Below are positions 1 through 11,401 of a stretch of 64,000 nucleotides of DNA, in pieces. Source of the stretch: Basidiobolus meristosporus CBS 931.73 (Eukaryota; Fungi; Basidiobolomycota). Location of the stretch: assembly GCA_002104905.1 (NCBI GenBank), contig MCFE01000023.1, positions 124,001 through 188,000 on the forward strand. The letters are read 5' to 3'. Positions within the stretch are counted from its first letter, which is position 1. Each line of letters starts with the position of its first letter. Made by a program: the position numbers and the translations under genes. Under the pieces are notes generated by a model. That model searched no databases. It saw only the letters and a list, made by a program, of their open reading frames with translations, and was not told the DNA's origin.

Positions 1-1914
1 TTTCTTACGAGTGAAATTGGAGGTTTTCCCTGTTTCTTGTCGGATTCCTTGACGTTCCCTTGCCCCCCGAGCAGCATCTGTTTCAGGAGCCTGGGGTATC
101 TCCGTATACCCTGCCGTTGATCGAACATTTGCAAAACTCCATGATGTTCCTTGTCAGGGTACCAGTTTTATCAGAAAAGATGTACTCAATCTGACCCAAG
201 TCATCAGACAAGTTCCACTAAGAACAGGCATGAGTCTATGCTCCCCAAACACCTTCCCACTTGAAAACACTGACCGATTTCGGAACACACGAGGCTTTAG
301 TGGCTTCGTGATACATATTAAGATCGTTAAAAATAAAGAAGGCCTAGGAGCACAAAGAAAGGGTGAGCATCGATCTACAGAGAACAAAGAGTATTTTCAA
401 ATACTCACCTGCCAAGTCTTCACAAACTCCACACTGACGTAAAGCGAAATTGGAATGATATTTTGGAAGATAATCAAACTCGACCTAATAGGATGAGTCA
501 ATACCAAGACATGCAACTTCAGCTGCATAGAGGAACCTACCAGAAAGTTAGAAAAGCCAGTGTGAACGGCGAATCGGATGCCGAATCATTGATCGAGCTT
601 TGGCCTTTGCCTTCCATGATGCCATTGGCAATGGCGCAAAGCAAGCACAAAACCAACAGAATGATAAAGTTCATAATGACCTAGAGCAATAAGATTCAGA
701 AGCGAGGGTTAGAGGAATATTATTCGAGACTCCTTCAAACCATATCGTCTGGTTACCTGACGGTTCATGGCTTTCTCGATTTTACTTCTTTTTGAAGGAG
801 TAAGTCCCGAGTTCAGTAAGATCTTGGTGTCGCTACCAGTAAACACGGCGACTCCAATTACATAGCTGGTGTTCCGGATTACATGGCCTCTCAGTAGGGT
901 GTTACTAATATTGATTGGGACCGCGGAAGCCCGCTTCCTCGAGCCGCCCTGACTCTTATCGGACTCATCGTTGGAGTAAATGTGCATAGTAGCTTGATAT
1001 GCGTAGAGATTTGATGAGGGCATTTCTGAATCGATGTAGAATCTGGTATTGGCAAAGTCGGTTGGTGTTTTCAAATGCAAGGTCTCATCTATAGACAGCC
1101 TTGTCTTGAGGTTTGTTTCTCCGTCAAGCTCTTTCGTTTCGATAAAGCATTCGCCATCTGGCTCGCCAGAGGAAAGGATGACTAGATCAGCCGGACAAGT
1201 CTCATTGTTCTTTAAATAGACAATATCGCCCACCCGGATATCTTGCCACAATGCCTCTCGAAACTCGGTTGTGTCTGAATAAGACTCCTGGAATACCACA
1301 TCCTCGTTTCTGTTATTTTGCGTATCGTCGTCGATAAACCCAAACAACTTGTATTTGTATAGCGGGGCAGTGACTACATCCGATACGGAATACTGTATTC
1401 TCTGCCAAATCGTGGGTTGTTGGAGCGGGTGGTTAGTGTTTATCCAGTTCTGCAGGAGCTGTGTCTTGGAGCTATTGTAATTGAGGTCCGTCCTATGTCG
1501 CTTGTAATCTTCCACGCCATCCTTGATGGCGGTGATAGATATCACAGTTATCAACGGCATTATGGAAAAGATAGGGCTACTCACGCCTACGTAGGGCAAG
1601 AACTGCAGGATAGCCATAAATAGAAAGTACATGTTTGCTACGCGACGGAACTGCTCGAACAAATTCTTGGGTAAAAAATTAAATACGGTATATTTTGAGG
1701 TGCGAATGCGATTGCTTGGGAATTGCTTCTTGGGTAAACCATGTCTATTCAGCGCTCTAGGTGGTAGTTGGATATTTACATATATTTGGAGGGTTTCTCC
1801 ACTTCGGCGATGTCGAGAAGGGGAACGAAGTAAGGATTTCTCCACTCGCTTTCTCTTTGCCTTTTCACGTTGAGAGGGTAAAAACCTTCGACCACCGAAA
1901 TTTATCTTCCCCAT
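1..1914 (-). CDS. P4-type ATPase (phospholipid flippase, Dnf1/Drs2 family), 5' part; runs off the window start
   Basis: ORF 709-1926 has [32 protein letters not shown] and LLRG motifs. Spliced downstream exons give [14 protein letters not shown] and [23 protein letters not shown] (phosphorylation motif). Confidence 0.96.
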
Positions 1915-2020
1915 CGCAAGCTTCACGACTATCTGAGCGCGGGGTTTGGGTGTAAATGAGTATCAAAAAGCCGGAATAGAGAAGAAAGGCAATCAAAGGC
2001 TAAATCACACACAATTAGGC

Positions 2021-2105
2021 TTAGTATTGTTGATAGGCAGCGGGCTGTATTAGTATTGTTGATAGGCAGCGGGCTGTATTAGTATTGTTGATAGGCAGAG
2101 GGCTG
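2021..2105. repeat. 29-bp tandem repeat, about 2.9 copies (TAGTATTGTTGATAGGCAGCGGGCTGTAT)
   Basis: Units start at 2022, 2051 and 2080; read directly from the sequence. Confidence 0.95.
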
Positions 2106-2940
2106 AGAGCCATAAACAATCTTAAAATAATATTCTACAAAACTATATGGCTTGAATCAGACAATATGCTGGTGGGACTATATATATAGAGAAAGGGTCA
2201 ATGCCAGAAGTATTGTTCCCTTTTTCAGCGAATTCGAGGGAAATTGGAGAGTTTGAATGGATTTGGCATTCAAGGTTTTATCGAGTTTGACAAATAAGTC
2301 AAGGAGAGGGTTGATGGGTTTTGACGATTGGTGCTATGCTGGCAGATTGGAATGGAGGTTCATATTTGGGCAATATGACTGGACTAATTAATGTAGGACA
2401 GATTCATCGAAGATACTGCTAATGCTATATTGCCAAGATTTAAGCCTAATATTTGCCAAGTGATACTATTGTTTATGTCGAAAGCCTTGTAACCATATAT
2501 GGTGGAGTGTAATTGCAGGGTCACTCCACTCTCCTGTTTATCTCAATAGGGGATAGCCTTTCCATGCCAAGCCCATTGCTAAAGATCTGCCACTTACTGA
2601 GCAATCGCTCTTTCAGTGATACAACTACCATGGCTGAAAACCGAAGAATCCCATTAAACTCCGTATAATCCCGGCCCGACAGAAGATCAAATCTCTGCCG
2701 ATTCCATATACAGCACACTTGGTCTCCTCCATGACGCAATCCACTATAGTTTGTGCTATCCCTAGAGCTCAGATGTGATTTTCTTCACCAAAACTCGAAT
2801 GTTTTTTGCCGAGCGACGGCATTGACCAATTCCGTAGAAATGCGGATTGGTAGTACCATTGTTTACTGCTGATTCCTGCATGAATGGATGTGCACTCGAG
2901 ACTATTCTACTGCTATCTTTTAATGGTGAATGGCGATTGT

Positions 2941-5365
2941 TTACAGAATGATTACATCCGGATTCATGGTTTCATCCAGTTTATCCAAGTCTATTTCGAT
3001 TTTTCTTTTCCTCGCCTCCCTTGGCTTTGCAATCTTGGCATTTGCTGGCTCTTTGTTATTATCACAAGAGTCGTCTAGCTGGCTGATGTAGAATATGGGT
3101 TGGGCTGACTTTTCTGGCGAGGGGCTGTAGTGGGCTACAAATCCACGTGCTCTGGAGAGGTTCACGGTTAAATAGGAGATGGTAGAGTAGGCTGTGTAAT
3201 GCATCACTTCCTTTAAATAGCCGTCTAATAGCAATTTTATGGTGGTGTCCTCGATATTTTCTTTCGTCAGCGTATCTTGAGATTTGTTGGATCGAAGGGT
3301 TATTTTGGGAATATCGGCCCAGTTTCTGAGTGTAGGGTATTTGGTCATACCAACCCCGCGAACCAAATCCAGCATCTTCAGGAACGTGACCTTTTCTTCT
3401 GATAGTCCTTCTTCTTTCAGCTTCAGCAGGATCTTAACGATGGCTAGTGCGATAGTGGTAGCATCCTTTTGTTGGGGAATCTTGCCTGCTGACCTTCCGC
3501 TACATACATCACACCATTGATCGCATGCGTTGGCTGCGAGGGTGGAGTCGCCAAAGTGCTGTGCAATAGAGATATGTCTACAGGTGTCTATGTTTTGGCA
3601 GTATTCCACAAGCTTGTAAAGGTTTTTTTGTCCGGATTGTTCATGGAACACCATAGTCGATTGCCGAAATACGTCTTGAACTCGGTAAAGAAGTATGCAA
3701 CTTGCTGGCTCGCCATCTCTGCCGGCACGCCCGCTTTCTTGGTAGTAAGACTCCATCGATTTGGGGACGGAATGATGAATCACCTGTGTAAGCAATATGT
3801 ATCAGGCATGAAGTCACTCAGCTCTCCATAGTAATAGGACGATACTCTACAAAGCGCACGTGAGGATGAGATATTCCCAGTCCAAAGGCAATGGTGGCAA
3901 CGATCACTGTGATGACCATCGTTAGCAAACCAAAAAGTCAACTAGCCACACTAATATCAGCATACCTTGGATAGTCCCTTTCATCCACCTTGAATGGATT
4001 TTACTTCGATGGTCTTCGTCCATATCTGCGTGATAGGCAGCAGCCTTGATTCTCTGTTGAATCAGATCGGATGCCAATTCAGATGACTCCTTTTTCGAAA
4101 AGCAATATATAATGCCACATCCCCCATTAAATCGACCTATGGTTTGGCATATCATTTGGAATGCTTCGTTTTTCTCCGAAGGCTGGGTTGGAGGGAAGAG
4201 TATCAGTGTTTCTAATCGTGAATGCGATTTCTCCCACTTCACAAACCTTACGAAGCACCTCATAGTTTAGATTTGGTCGATCGACCGGTGAACGGAACAA
4301 GACACATTTGGAAGATAGTCCAAGTATGCTCTTGACATCTTGTATGATCGTAGAGGTTGCAGTCGCAGTGACTGCTATGATCGGTACCTTGGGCATTACT
4401 TTCCGTAATAGCCCCAACTTCGCATAGTCCGTTCTAAAGTCATGGCCATACACACTACAGCAATGCGCCTCATCAACCACTATTCTCAAAAGCAATCGAC
4501 GCTAATATTTGAATGAGAGGTGAACAATGGCATGATCAATATATCCATAGATCAATCTTACTTGGGCAAGCTTCTCCAGTTGATTAACAAACATTTTGCT
4601 TTTGGCGATTTTTTCCGGAGTAACATAACTAAAGGAAAAGTGTCTGTACTCAATAAATGGCCTTGAGCCTACCGATCTAGTGCTATGTACCCACAGGAAT
4701 TTCAAAGGTCTTCGAGTGCCCTCTTTTTCATCTTGAGCGCAGCTAAGCATGGCAGCCATGATTGCTTTCGCCTGATCTTTCGGCGTTTTCGCAGTAAGGC
4801 AGGTCGCATAGATTCCCAGAGTTTCGAGATGCATGATCTGATCATGAATTAAAGATAATAAAGGGCTTATGACCAAAGTCATTCCCTCTGATAGTAACCC
4901 AGGGATTTGATAGGTTAGCGATTTTCCTTAGTGATCGGGATAGTCAGATAGTCGCGGGCTTTAGTGAGGGATTTTGAAGGAGTGGTAGGTTTGTATATAA
5001 ATACCTCCACCAGTAGGCATGAGGACGAACACGTCGGCATTTGAGGTGGTGGCATTTATGATTCCCACCTGATTGAACCGAAAGGATTTTATATGGAAAA
5101 CATTATCTCGCACGTTGTTGGCCTTGGCTGACCAAGGGAAATCGGAGAACCATTTTTCCACCTCCTTTTCTCCCAGGTCAGCTTCCAAGCAGATTAGCTC
5201 ATTTTCACTATCTGATATTTCTAGAGTGGATATCTGACGTTGCAGTAAGGAAACCCGTTCGTTAAGTTCGTCTTTCCTTATTTGCAATATCTCCAGCTCT
5301 TGCTCTACACAAGACAACTCAATCTGGCACTGCTCCAACTCCGCATACAGACTCTGCTCAGCCAT
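2941..5365 (-). CDS. RECQL: RecQ family DNA helicase, RECQ1/RECQL type, multi-exon
   Basis: Spliced motifs [60 protein letters not shown]. Zn-binding CRH..HF..C..CDVC. Winged-helix hairpin [17 protein letters not shown] and N-terminal coiled coil resemble RECQ1. Confidence 0.92.
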
Positions 5366-5865
5366 GGCCGTAAACAATCGTCGGAAATCAGCGGTAAGCT
5401 GACCATCATGTCACTCTCCGTCAAATAAGCCAACAAGATACACGTGATCTTGATCGATGAATCTAACCTCAAGAGTGAAATTCAAGCTCATTAGTAAGAA
5501 GCCAAGTTGGAAGAGCATAAACTCGATCAGCATTTGCACCACAGATAGACATATTAGACCCAGAAGGTGCAGCTTGATACTAGTAGATTGGAAAAGGAGT
5601 TGATGCTGCCAGAGCACTCACTAATCAGTTCATTTATGCTTTGATATGTGACGATTGGACTGAATAAGGACCAGAGTCGTTAGACATATCAGGGATAATG
5701 CGATTGCAATATGGGGAAACGAAGCCCCCTCGATGACACATGGTTATGCAGATAAGGCATAGTGCGAAGTAGAATACAGATGAAAGGGGGGCCTAATCGT
5801 TTTGTAACATCTTATAAATATCGTGCTCGAAGCAATAGCCTTGCACTAGTTTCACTATACCCACC

Positions 5866-6558
5866 ATGCTATTGAAACTTCTACACATCACTTTCTCGGG
5901 GTTCATGCTGGCCCAGATGGTTGCTGGCCATATGGAAATGGTAGAGCCTGCCCCTCGAAGATCCTCACACAATGCATATTTCCAAAGAAAAGGCGACGTT
6001 GACTACGATATCATGGCACCACTCAGTAATAAGGTATGGGGCTCAGTTGTTTTATTTACGGCGTAGGTGATATTAAGTGACTTTATCCAGAGGCCGTTTC
6101 CCTGTCAAGGGGCACCCAAGGGGCCTAGTGTTGGGACCTATTCTGCTGGTTCGAGCATCAGGTTTAAAATAGCTGGAAGCACTCCGCATAAAGGCGGAAC
6201 ATGCCAATTTGTGATTTCATATGATAGCAGGACGTGGGTTGTCTTAAAAACAGTTCTTCGGGAATGTTTGAACTCTGGATTGAACTTTGATGTTCCACTG
6301 CCCACAAACGCACCCTCCGGCGCGGCCATAGTAGCCTGGACGTGGATCAGCAAAGAAGGAAATCGAGACTTTTACATGAACTGTGCTGATGTTACTATCA
6401 AAGGTAAAACTGGGGGATCCATCACTGGGCCCAGGTTGGCCATTGCTCAACTGCCAAGTTATCCAACAATCCCCGAATATCCAGAGCGTGGTTGGGACGA
6501 CGTTTCTATATTTGAGAAGAGACCCACCATCACTATTAACGGTAAAGGGGGCTGTTAA
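5866..6558 (+). CDS. Secreted AA11-like lytic polysaccharide monooxygenase, 2 exons (intron 6034-6090)
   Basis: Signal peptide ends AG|HMEMVEPAP (N-terminal His). Motifs FPC, PHKGGTCQF, AWTW..GNRDFYMNCADVTI match the AA11 pattern. Confidence 0.85.
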
Positions 6559-6875
6559 GGAATGGAGTGGACATTGACATTGGAGTTGGGAAAAACTCCA
6601 GGAACGAGAATCGTGAAGAGAACGACGAGGATGAAGAATAGGAATTCAACATCCGGACGACCTAGTCTTGGTAACGATTGGAGCAGGCTTCACTTATTTT
6701 AGTGCTAGATGAAATAAATCAATCTCCATATATAATTGAGCGACAGTTTCCATTATAATGATGTTTAATGTACACTACTTGATGTAGTGAAATTGATGAA
6801 ATGGTACAACTGATATCAAATCTAAATTATATTTACTCAAAGGTGATTTTGTTTACTTTCAAATGGACCGAGTAT

Positions 6876-8028
6876 TTAGGCCTTGCCAGTGCTTTTGGCA
6901 AGAGCCTTTTGCTTTTTGAGAGTGGCGGCTTGGGACTTGGCTCCCATGATACCACCACCCCAATGCTTACGGGCTTCCTCATATTTGTCGTTGTATGAGA
7001 CCTTGAGAGCATCCACCAACTTGGCAAGGTCGGCTTTATCAGCATCCTGAACATCGGTGATGGCAAGGGCAGTAGCGGTCTTCTTGTGAACAACGGTACC
7101 AAGACGAGCCTTACCCTTAACAATGCAGTAAGGAATTCCCATCTTACGGCAAAGGGCAGGCAACCAGAGAACAATTTCGATGGGGTCAACATCATCGGCA
7201 ATCACAACAAGTTGCGCCTTCTTAGATTCGACCAAGGCAGTAATATGGTTGATACCATACTTGACGAAGGTGGGCTTCTTGCTCTCGACCTTGGAGCCTT
7301 CAGCAGCAGCTTTGGCAGCTTCAGTAAGACGAGCCTTCTTGTCTTGCTTGGTTTCGGGGCGATACTTGTTCAAGAACTTGAAAAGTTCAGTGGCTAAATC
7401 GAAATTGAAAAGGGAGTGTCAATAACATACAACACAATAAATGGTATGGAGGTCATTGGTAGCCAGAAGTCCTATGACTGAACACCATCCGATTGTTCAC
7501 ACTCATCAAACAATCAGACAGTTTCAGCACCATCAGACTCCGACTCCTATCAGGATCATTGACAACCAAATGCATCTTTGAAGATCAGCTGTCGTCGCAA
7601 GAAGTGTAGAAAACACTACAAAGCATCGGACAAGATATTGAAGGATGACATCTAGACTGCCTACTTCGAATAAATTCGAATAACCATACCAGTGTTGCGG
7701 TCCAAAACCTTTGTGAATTGGTTAAGGGTGGGAGGAACCTTGAGACGAAGCTTGAGAACCTTTCTTTGGCGTTGAAGACGAACATACTCAGGCCACTTGA
7801 CAAAGCGAGATAAATCACGCTTGGGCTGAACGTCAGCTCCAATACCAAAGTTCTTGGGTGTCTTCTCAAACAAGGGGTTCTTCACAACCTTGCTGGATTG
7901 CTTTCCCTTGGAAGGATAAGGAGCAGGGGCGACTTTCTTGGAAGATTTCTTGGAGGGAGCCTACATGATATTTGTTGGGTCAACACGGGTGGTTGGATGG
8001 CATTAGCGGGTTGTTTAGAACTTACCAT
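6876..8028 (-). CDS. RPL8: 60S ribosomal protein eL8 (L7a/L8), 3 exons
   Basis: ATG|GTAAG first exon. [54 protein letters not shown] and HWGGGIMG. Confidence 0.98.
7466..7593 (-). ncRNA. Candidate structured intronic RNA (snoRNA-like) in the long RPL8 intron
   Basis: Intron is about 290 nt versus about 60 nt typical. Two hand-folded hairpins at 7561-7593 and 7466-7541. Identity not established. Confidence 0.3.
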
Positions 8029-8291
8029 TTGAATAACGCGCAAAGAACAGATAAGCGAGAAGGAGCGTTCCTTGGCACAGACCCCTTTTAAAGCGTCCTC
8101 TGAATTCTTTTTTTTATTCGGAACCATTTTTTTGCTGGTCATAATTCGGTTAACCCTAGATCCTCACGTACCACAGAAATTGCCGATACCAATTGCGATA
8201 CTCTTTTGAATCTTCAGAATTTATTGTAATTATAACCTTTAGCTACGAATAGCATGGCAGAGCTAGAACGTACACTCTATTAACCTAGAAC

Positions 8292-8736
8292 TTACTCGGG
8301 GAAAAATGTAAATTCTAAATAAACCTCCCCTGCAGGTACACCTCGGTCATTCAATTCAAACCATTCTGTTTCGAAACGTTAGTACGAACTTGGTGAACTA
8401 GAAAAGCGAATACTTACTGTCTAGTTGATAATAAGTAAGCGCAGGCCCAAAATCAATCTCTCCCTCGCCGATAAATGCATGCTCCCGTAAGTTTTGGTCA
8501 AAACATTTCACTATCACTCTATGCACTCCTTCAGTTACGTCAAAGGATAGACGCTCATTCCACGTAGGTTTTTGGCCCCCATTCCTATCCGCTTTGGTAC
8601 GCTGACGCTTGTTCCCTATCTCAATCTGGAGAAAGGGGTCCTGTTTTCCTATTTTTTGAACCACTTTCAAATCACGGCCTTTGCAGGGCCTAACCTCCAG
8701 CGTTCCCAAAGACTTTGCTTTTCTCCTGAAGACCAT
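8292..8736 (-). CDS. Small C2-domain protein, 2 exons
   Basis: GTLEVRPCKGRDL..GKQDPFLQIEIG..RTKADRNGGQKPTWNE.LSF..FD..FIGEGEI. Second exon WFELNDRGVPAGEVYLEFTFFPE*. Confidence 0.85.
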
Positions 8737-8917
8737 AACTGCTGTTTAGTAGAGGATTACGACGACGAAAAGGAAGGCTAGAGTAACGTGATTTATCATT
8801 AACTACGGTTAGTTAATCAATACACAGTAAAGAATGCTGTAGATATTGAAGTGTAAGATGCTTGCGAGGATTATAAAAAGCAACGCACGACTCTCAACAC
8901 AGAGGGGTGGAGCATTA

Positions 8918-9968
8918 TTATAATACATCCTGGGCCTGGTTAGAGCGGAATACTCTCCTAACCCACATAGCAGCTGCATCCATTCTCCATCTTGACAATG
9001 GATCACTTTCCCCCACATAGCCAATGAGATCACCGAGCATTACAAGGACATATGTCAAATTTATTGTGGCAGTAATGCATGACTGCAGGCGATAATTCAG
9101 GCGATATTGTTCATATAATGCTGTGCAATCTGCGAGGAAAAGGTGGAAATTTAGTGCACATGAATAATAGGTTTTACGAATATGGCCTACCTTTTCCAGC
9201 ACGGTAGCCTTCTCATGATTCTCTGTGGTTGGATGAAGCATTTCATCAAGGAGACGGATCTCCTTTTCCGCTCTTTTCAGATACGAGTCTACAGACCGAA
9301 AGGTTCCAGTCCAATCAGTTTTTGACAAGGTGCGTTCAGGCTCCGGCAATTCTGAACTGGTGGGAATTTCGCTCTCTGCAAAGCACATGCTTGACTTCTC
9401 GTGAGGAGGCCATCGTCTACAATAGTATGAAGCTGATTCACATACCTTGCTTTTCTCTTCTTGCTCGCCCCGGTGTTTTTTAATTGTTCCATATCGACTT
9501 GATAGAGAAGTGCATGGAGTTGAGCGCGTGGGTTGACAATGTGCTTCAGAGGCAGGCTTCCAAGCTCCAATTGATTTTTATTGAACGGACGAGAGCTTGG
9601 GGGAAATAGCAGGTTGATTAAGGCCATACAATTGGAAGAGGAGAACGGGGTCTTTTGCATCTCCAATAGCACCATCTATATGATACAACAGTTAAAATAG
9701 AGAAGAGTAGAAAATCTCTTCAATTTCCGGATACCACTTGTTTCAAGGAGGATATGCTCTTCTCGAATAGTATCTCTAAAGTAGTAGAGTCTTGTACTGA
9801 ATAGTTGCCCTTTTCTTCCTTATTATCAGCCAATTGCTGTTCCCGAAGTTTTCTGCGTGCTCGCTCAATCAACTGAATAAACTTGACTACTTCTAACATG
9901 TTCTCCCAATTACAGTCTTGTTGGTTTTCTGAAATATTGTCCCGGATGGTGAATAGTAAAAGTGACAA
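8918..9968 (-). CDS. Hypothetical helical protein, multi-exon; 5' end unresolved (may extend past 10.1 kb)
   Basis: Three protein-like ORF segments (9720-9968, 9289-9675, 8918-9388) separated by plausible GT-AG introns. No family recognised. Confidence 0.55.
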
Positions 9969-10539
9969 TGAGGGATTTCCAATATGTTTACTTCCATCGC
10001 AACACTCGACAAGCCCTATATGACAATTTGAGGATCGAGCCGGGTAAGAGTCTTCTCAAGATTATTTACCTTTTATTAATTTGAATGAAGGTAAATCTCC
10101 GGTTGCTCTTGTACAGTAATGCTCAACAATCCAGTCAAGAGGTGAAGCGATCGACATTTTCTGGCTCTCGTTACAAAAACGGGGCGTGTACTGTATGTTT
10201 ACATGTTTTGATATTAAATGGGATATTCCGGATCAGCCAATTAACAATAAAGGATGATTTCAACAGCTACGTTCATTGGAATGAATTGACATGAACACAC
10301 AGGAGCATATGGAGGAATTTTGTCGATTCAAAATTATTGAGTTTCGATTGATGACTGTGGTTTTGCTGGTGATGTAGAGTGAGCAGTCCCACAACCATTA
10401 AAGATGGCATTTTTTGCTTCTGACTTGTGTATTTTAACTGCCTCTGCATTGTTGGTGAAATATAAGCATGTTGACTAAAGACACCATACCCACGTAAACC
10501 ATTTTACGGGTAATTTTCGCGAGAAGCTTTCTCTATTCG

Positions 10540-10962
10540 TTAACCATAGCGTGCTGTCGGAGTTGGTAGAATGTAGCGCAATCGCAACTTCGGTATCATA
10601 AAATCGACCATTTGAATCACATTCATGATTGGTGTGAAAACGACCTGATGAATACGGTTTTTATCAACTACCGCGAATAAACCACCCACACACAAATGGT
10701 TCACAAGAAAAACCTCTTCGGATTCGACATAAACCGAATCTACCTGTATTACTCCGATAGGTCGCCCTTGGTTACCGGCAGTAAATAGCCATTTACGTTG
10801 TTTTTCCATACCAAACGAAACGAGATCCATCAGTGGGAATAGCCTACGCGGTGGGAAAACGAGAGCTATCATATTGTCGAATTCTAGTTCACGTTTCAAT
10901 CTAGATTTGGAACAGAAGCTCACGTATTTTGCCACTTTACGTAGCGCATATTCCAGAATCAA
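10540..10962 (-). CDS. Possible exon or ORF of unknown function (140 codons)
   Basis: Open frame with protein-like composition and no ATG at its start. Could belong to the 8.9-10 kb gene. Confidence 0.3.
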   Translation of the reverse strand: MILEYALRKVAKYVSFCSKSRLKRELEFDNMIALVFPPRRLFPLMDLVSFGMEKQRKWLFTAGNQGRPIGVIQVDSVYVESEEVFLVNHLCVGGLFAVVDKNRIHQVVFTPIMNVIQMVDFMIPKLRLRYILPTPTARYG

Positions 10963-11401
10963 GACGAAGTCAGCCGAAGTTTATTTCGTATTCCATTTTT
11001 GGATTTACTATCGATAAAGCTAGTGAAACTACAATACACAAACGGGTATAGCATTCGAAATTCGTAGGTGTTGAGGTCTTTCGAGATTCTACATCAAATG
11101 TGGATATCCACAGTCCCCACGAATTCCTAAGCCATTTTGTGACTCAGGTCGTACCTCTTAACTCTACATGAGCGATAGATATTATTTATATATGCCATAT
11201 CAACATGTGTCTGTATCACTTTTCGATTGTTCAGTATTCTTTTGGCTCTTTAGAGTGAAAGATTTAGCCGAAGATTATTCAAAAGATGACTTCCTTGTGC
11301 TCTAAGGTGCACCCAATTCACTTTTCGCTGTTGTCTGAGCCCCTTTTAATAGCGAACGTCCTATCTACTAGTTAGCAAGGCCGTTGTTTCGTGCTACAGC
11401 G

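Noticed and set aside
2400-2940. ORFs at 2521-2739 and nearby
   Set aside because: No motifs and no consistent splice pattern. More likely RecQ 3' UTR or intergenic DNA.
7490-7510. GTGAACAATC, identical to the snR52-type guide for the 25S A-loop, in the RPL8 intron
   Set aside because: No CTGA D/D' box follows it, it is buried in a self-complementary stem, and a 10-nt match to rRNA is expected by chance. Not called as snR52.
8150-8172. AACCCTA telo-box next to a TCACGT word upstream of RPL8
   Set aside because: A single short match, not seen upstream of RPS19 or RPL34.
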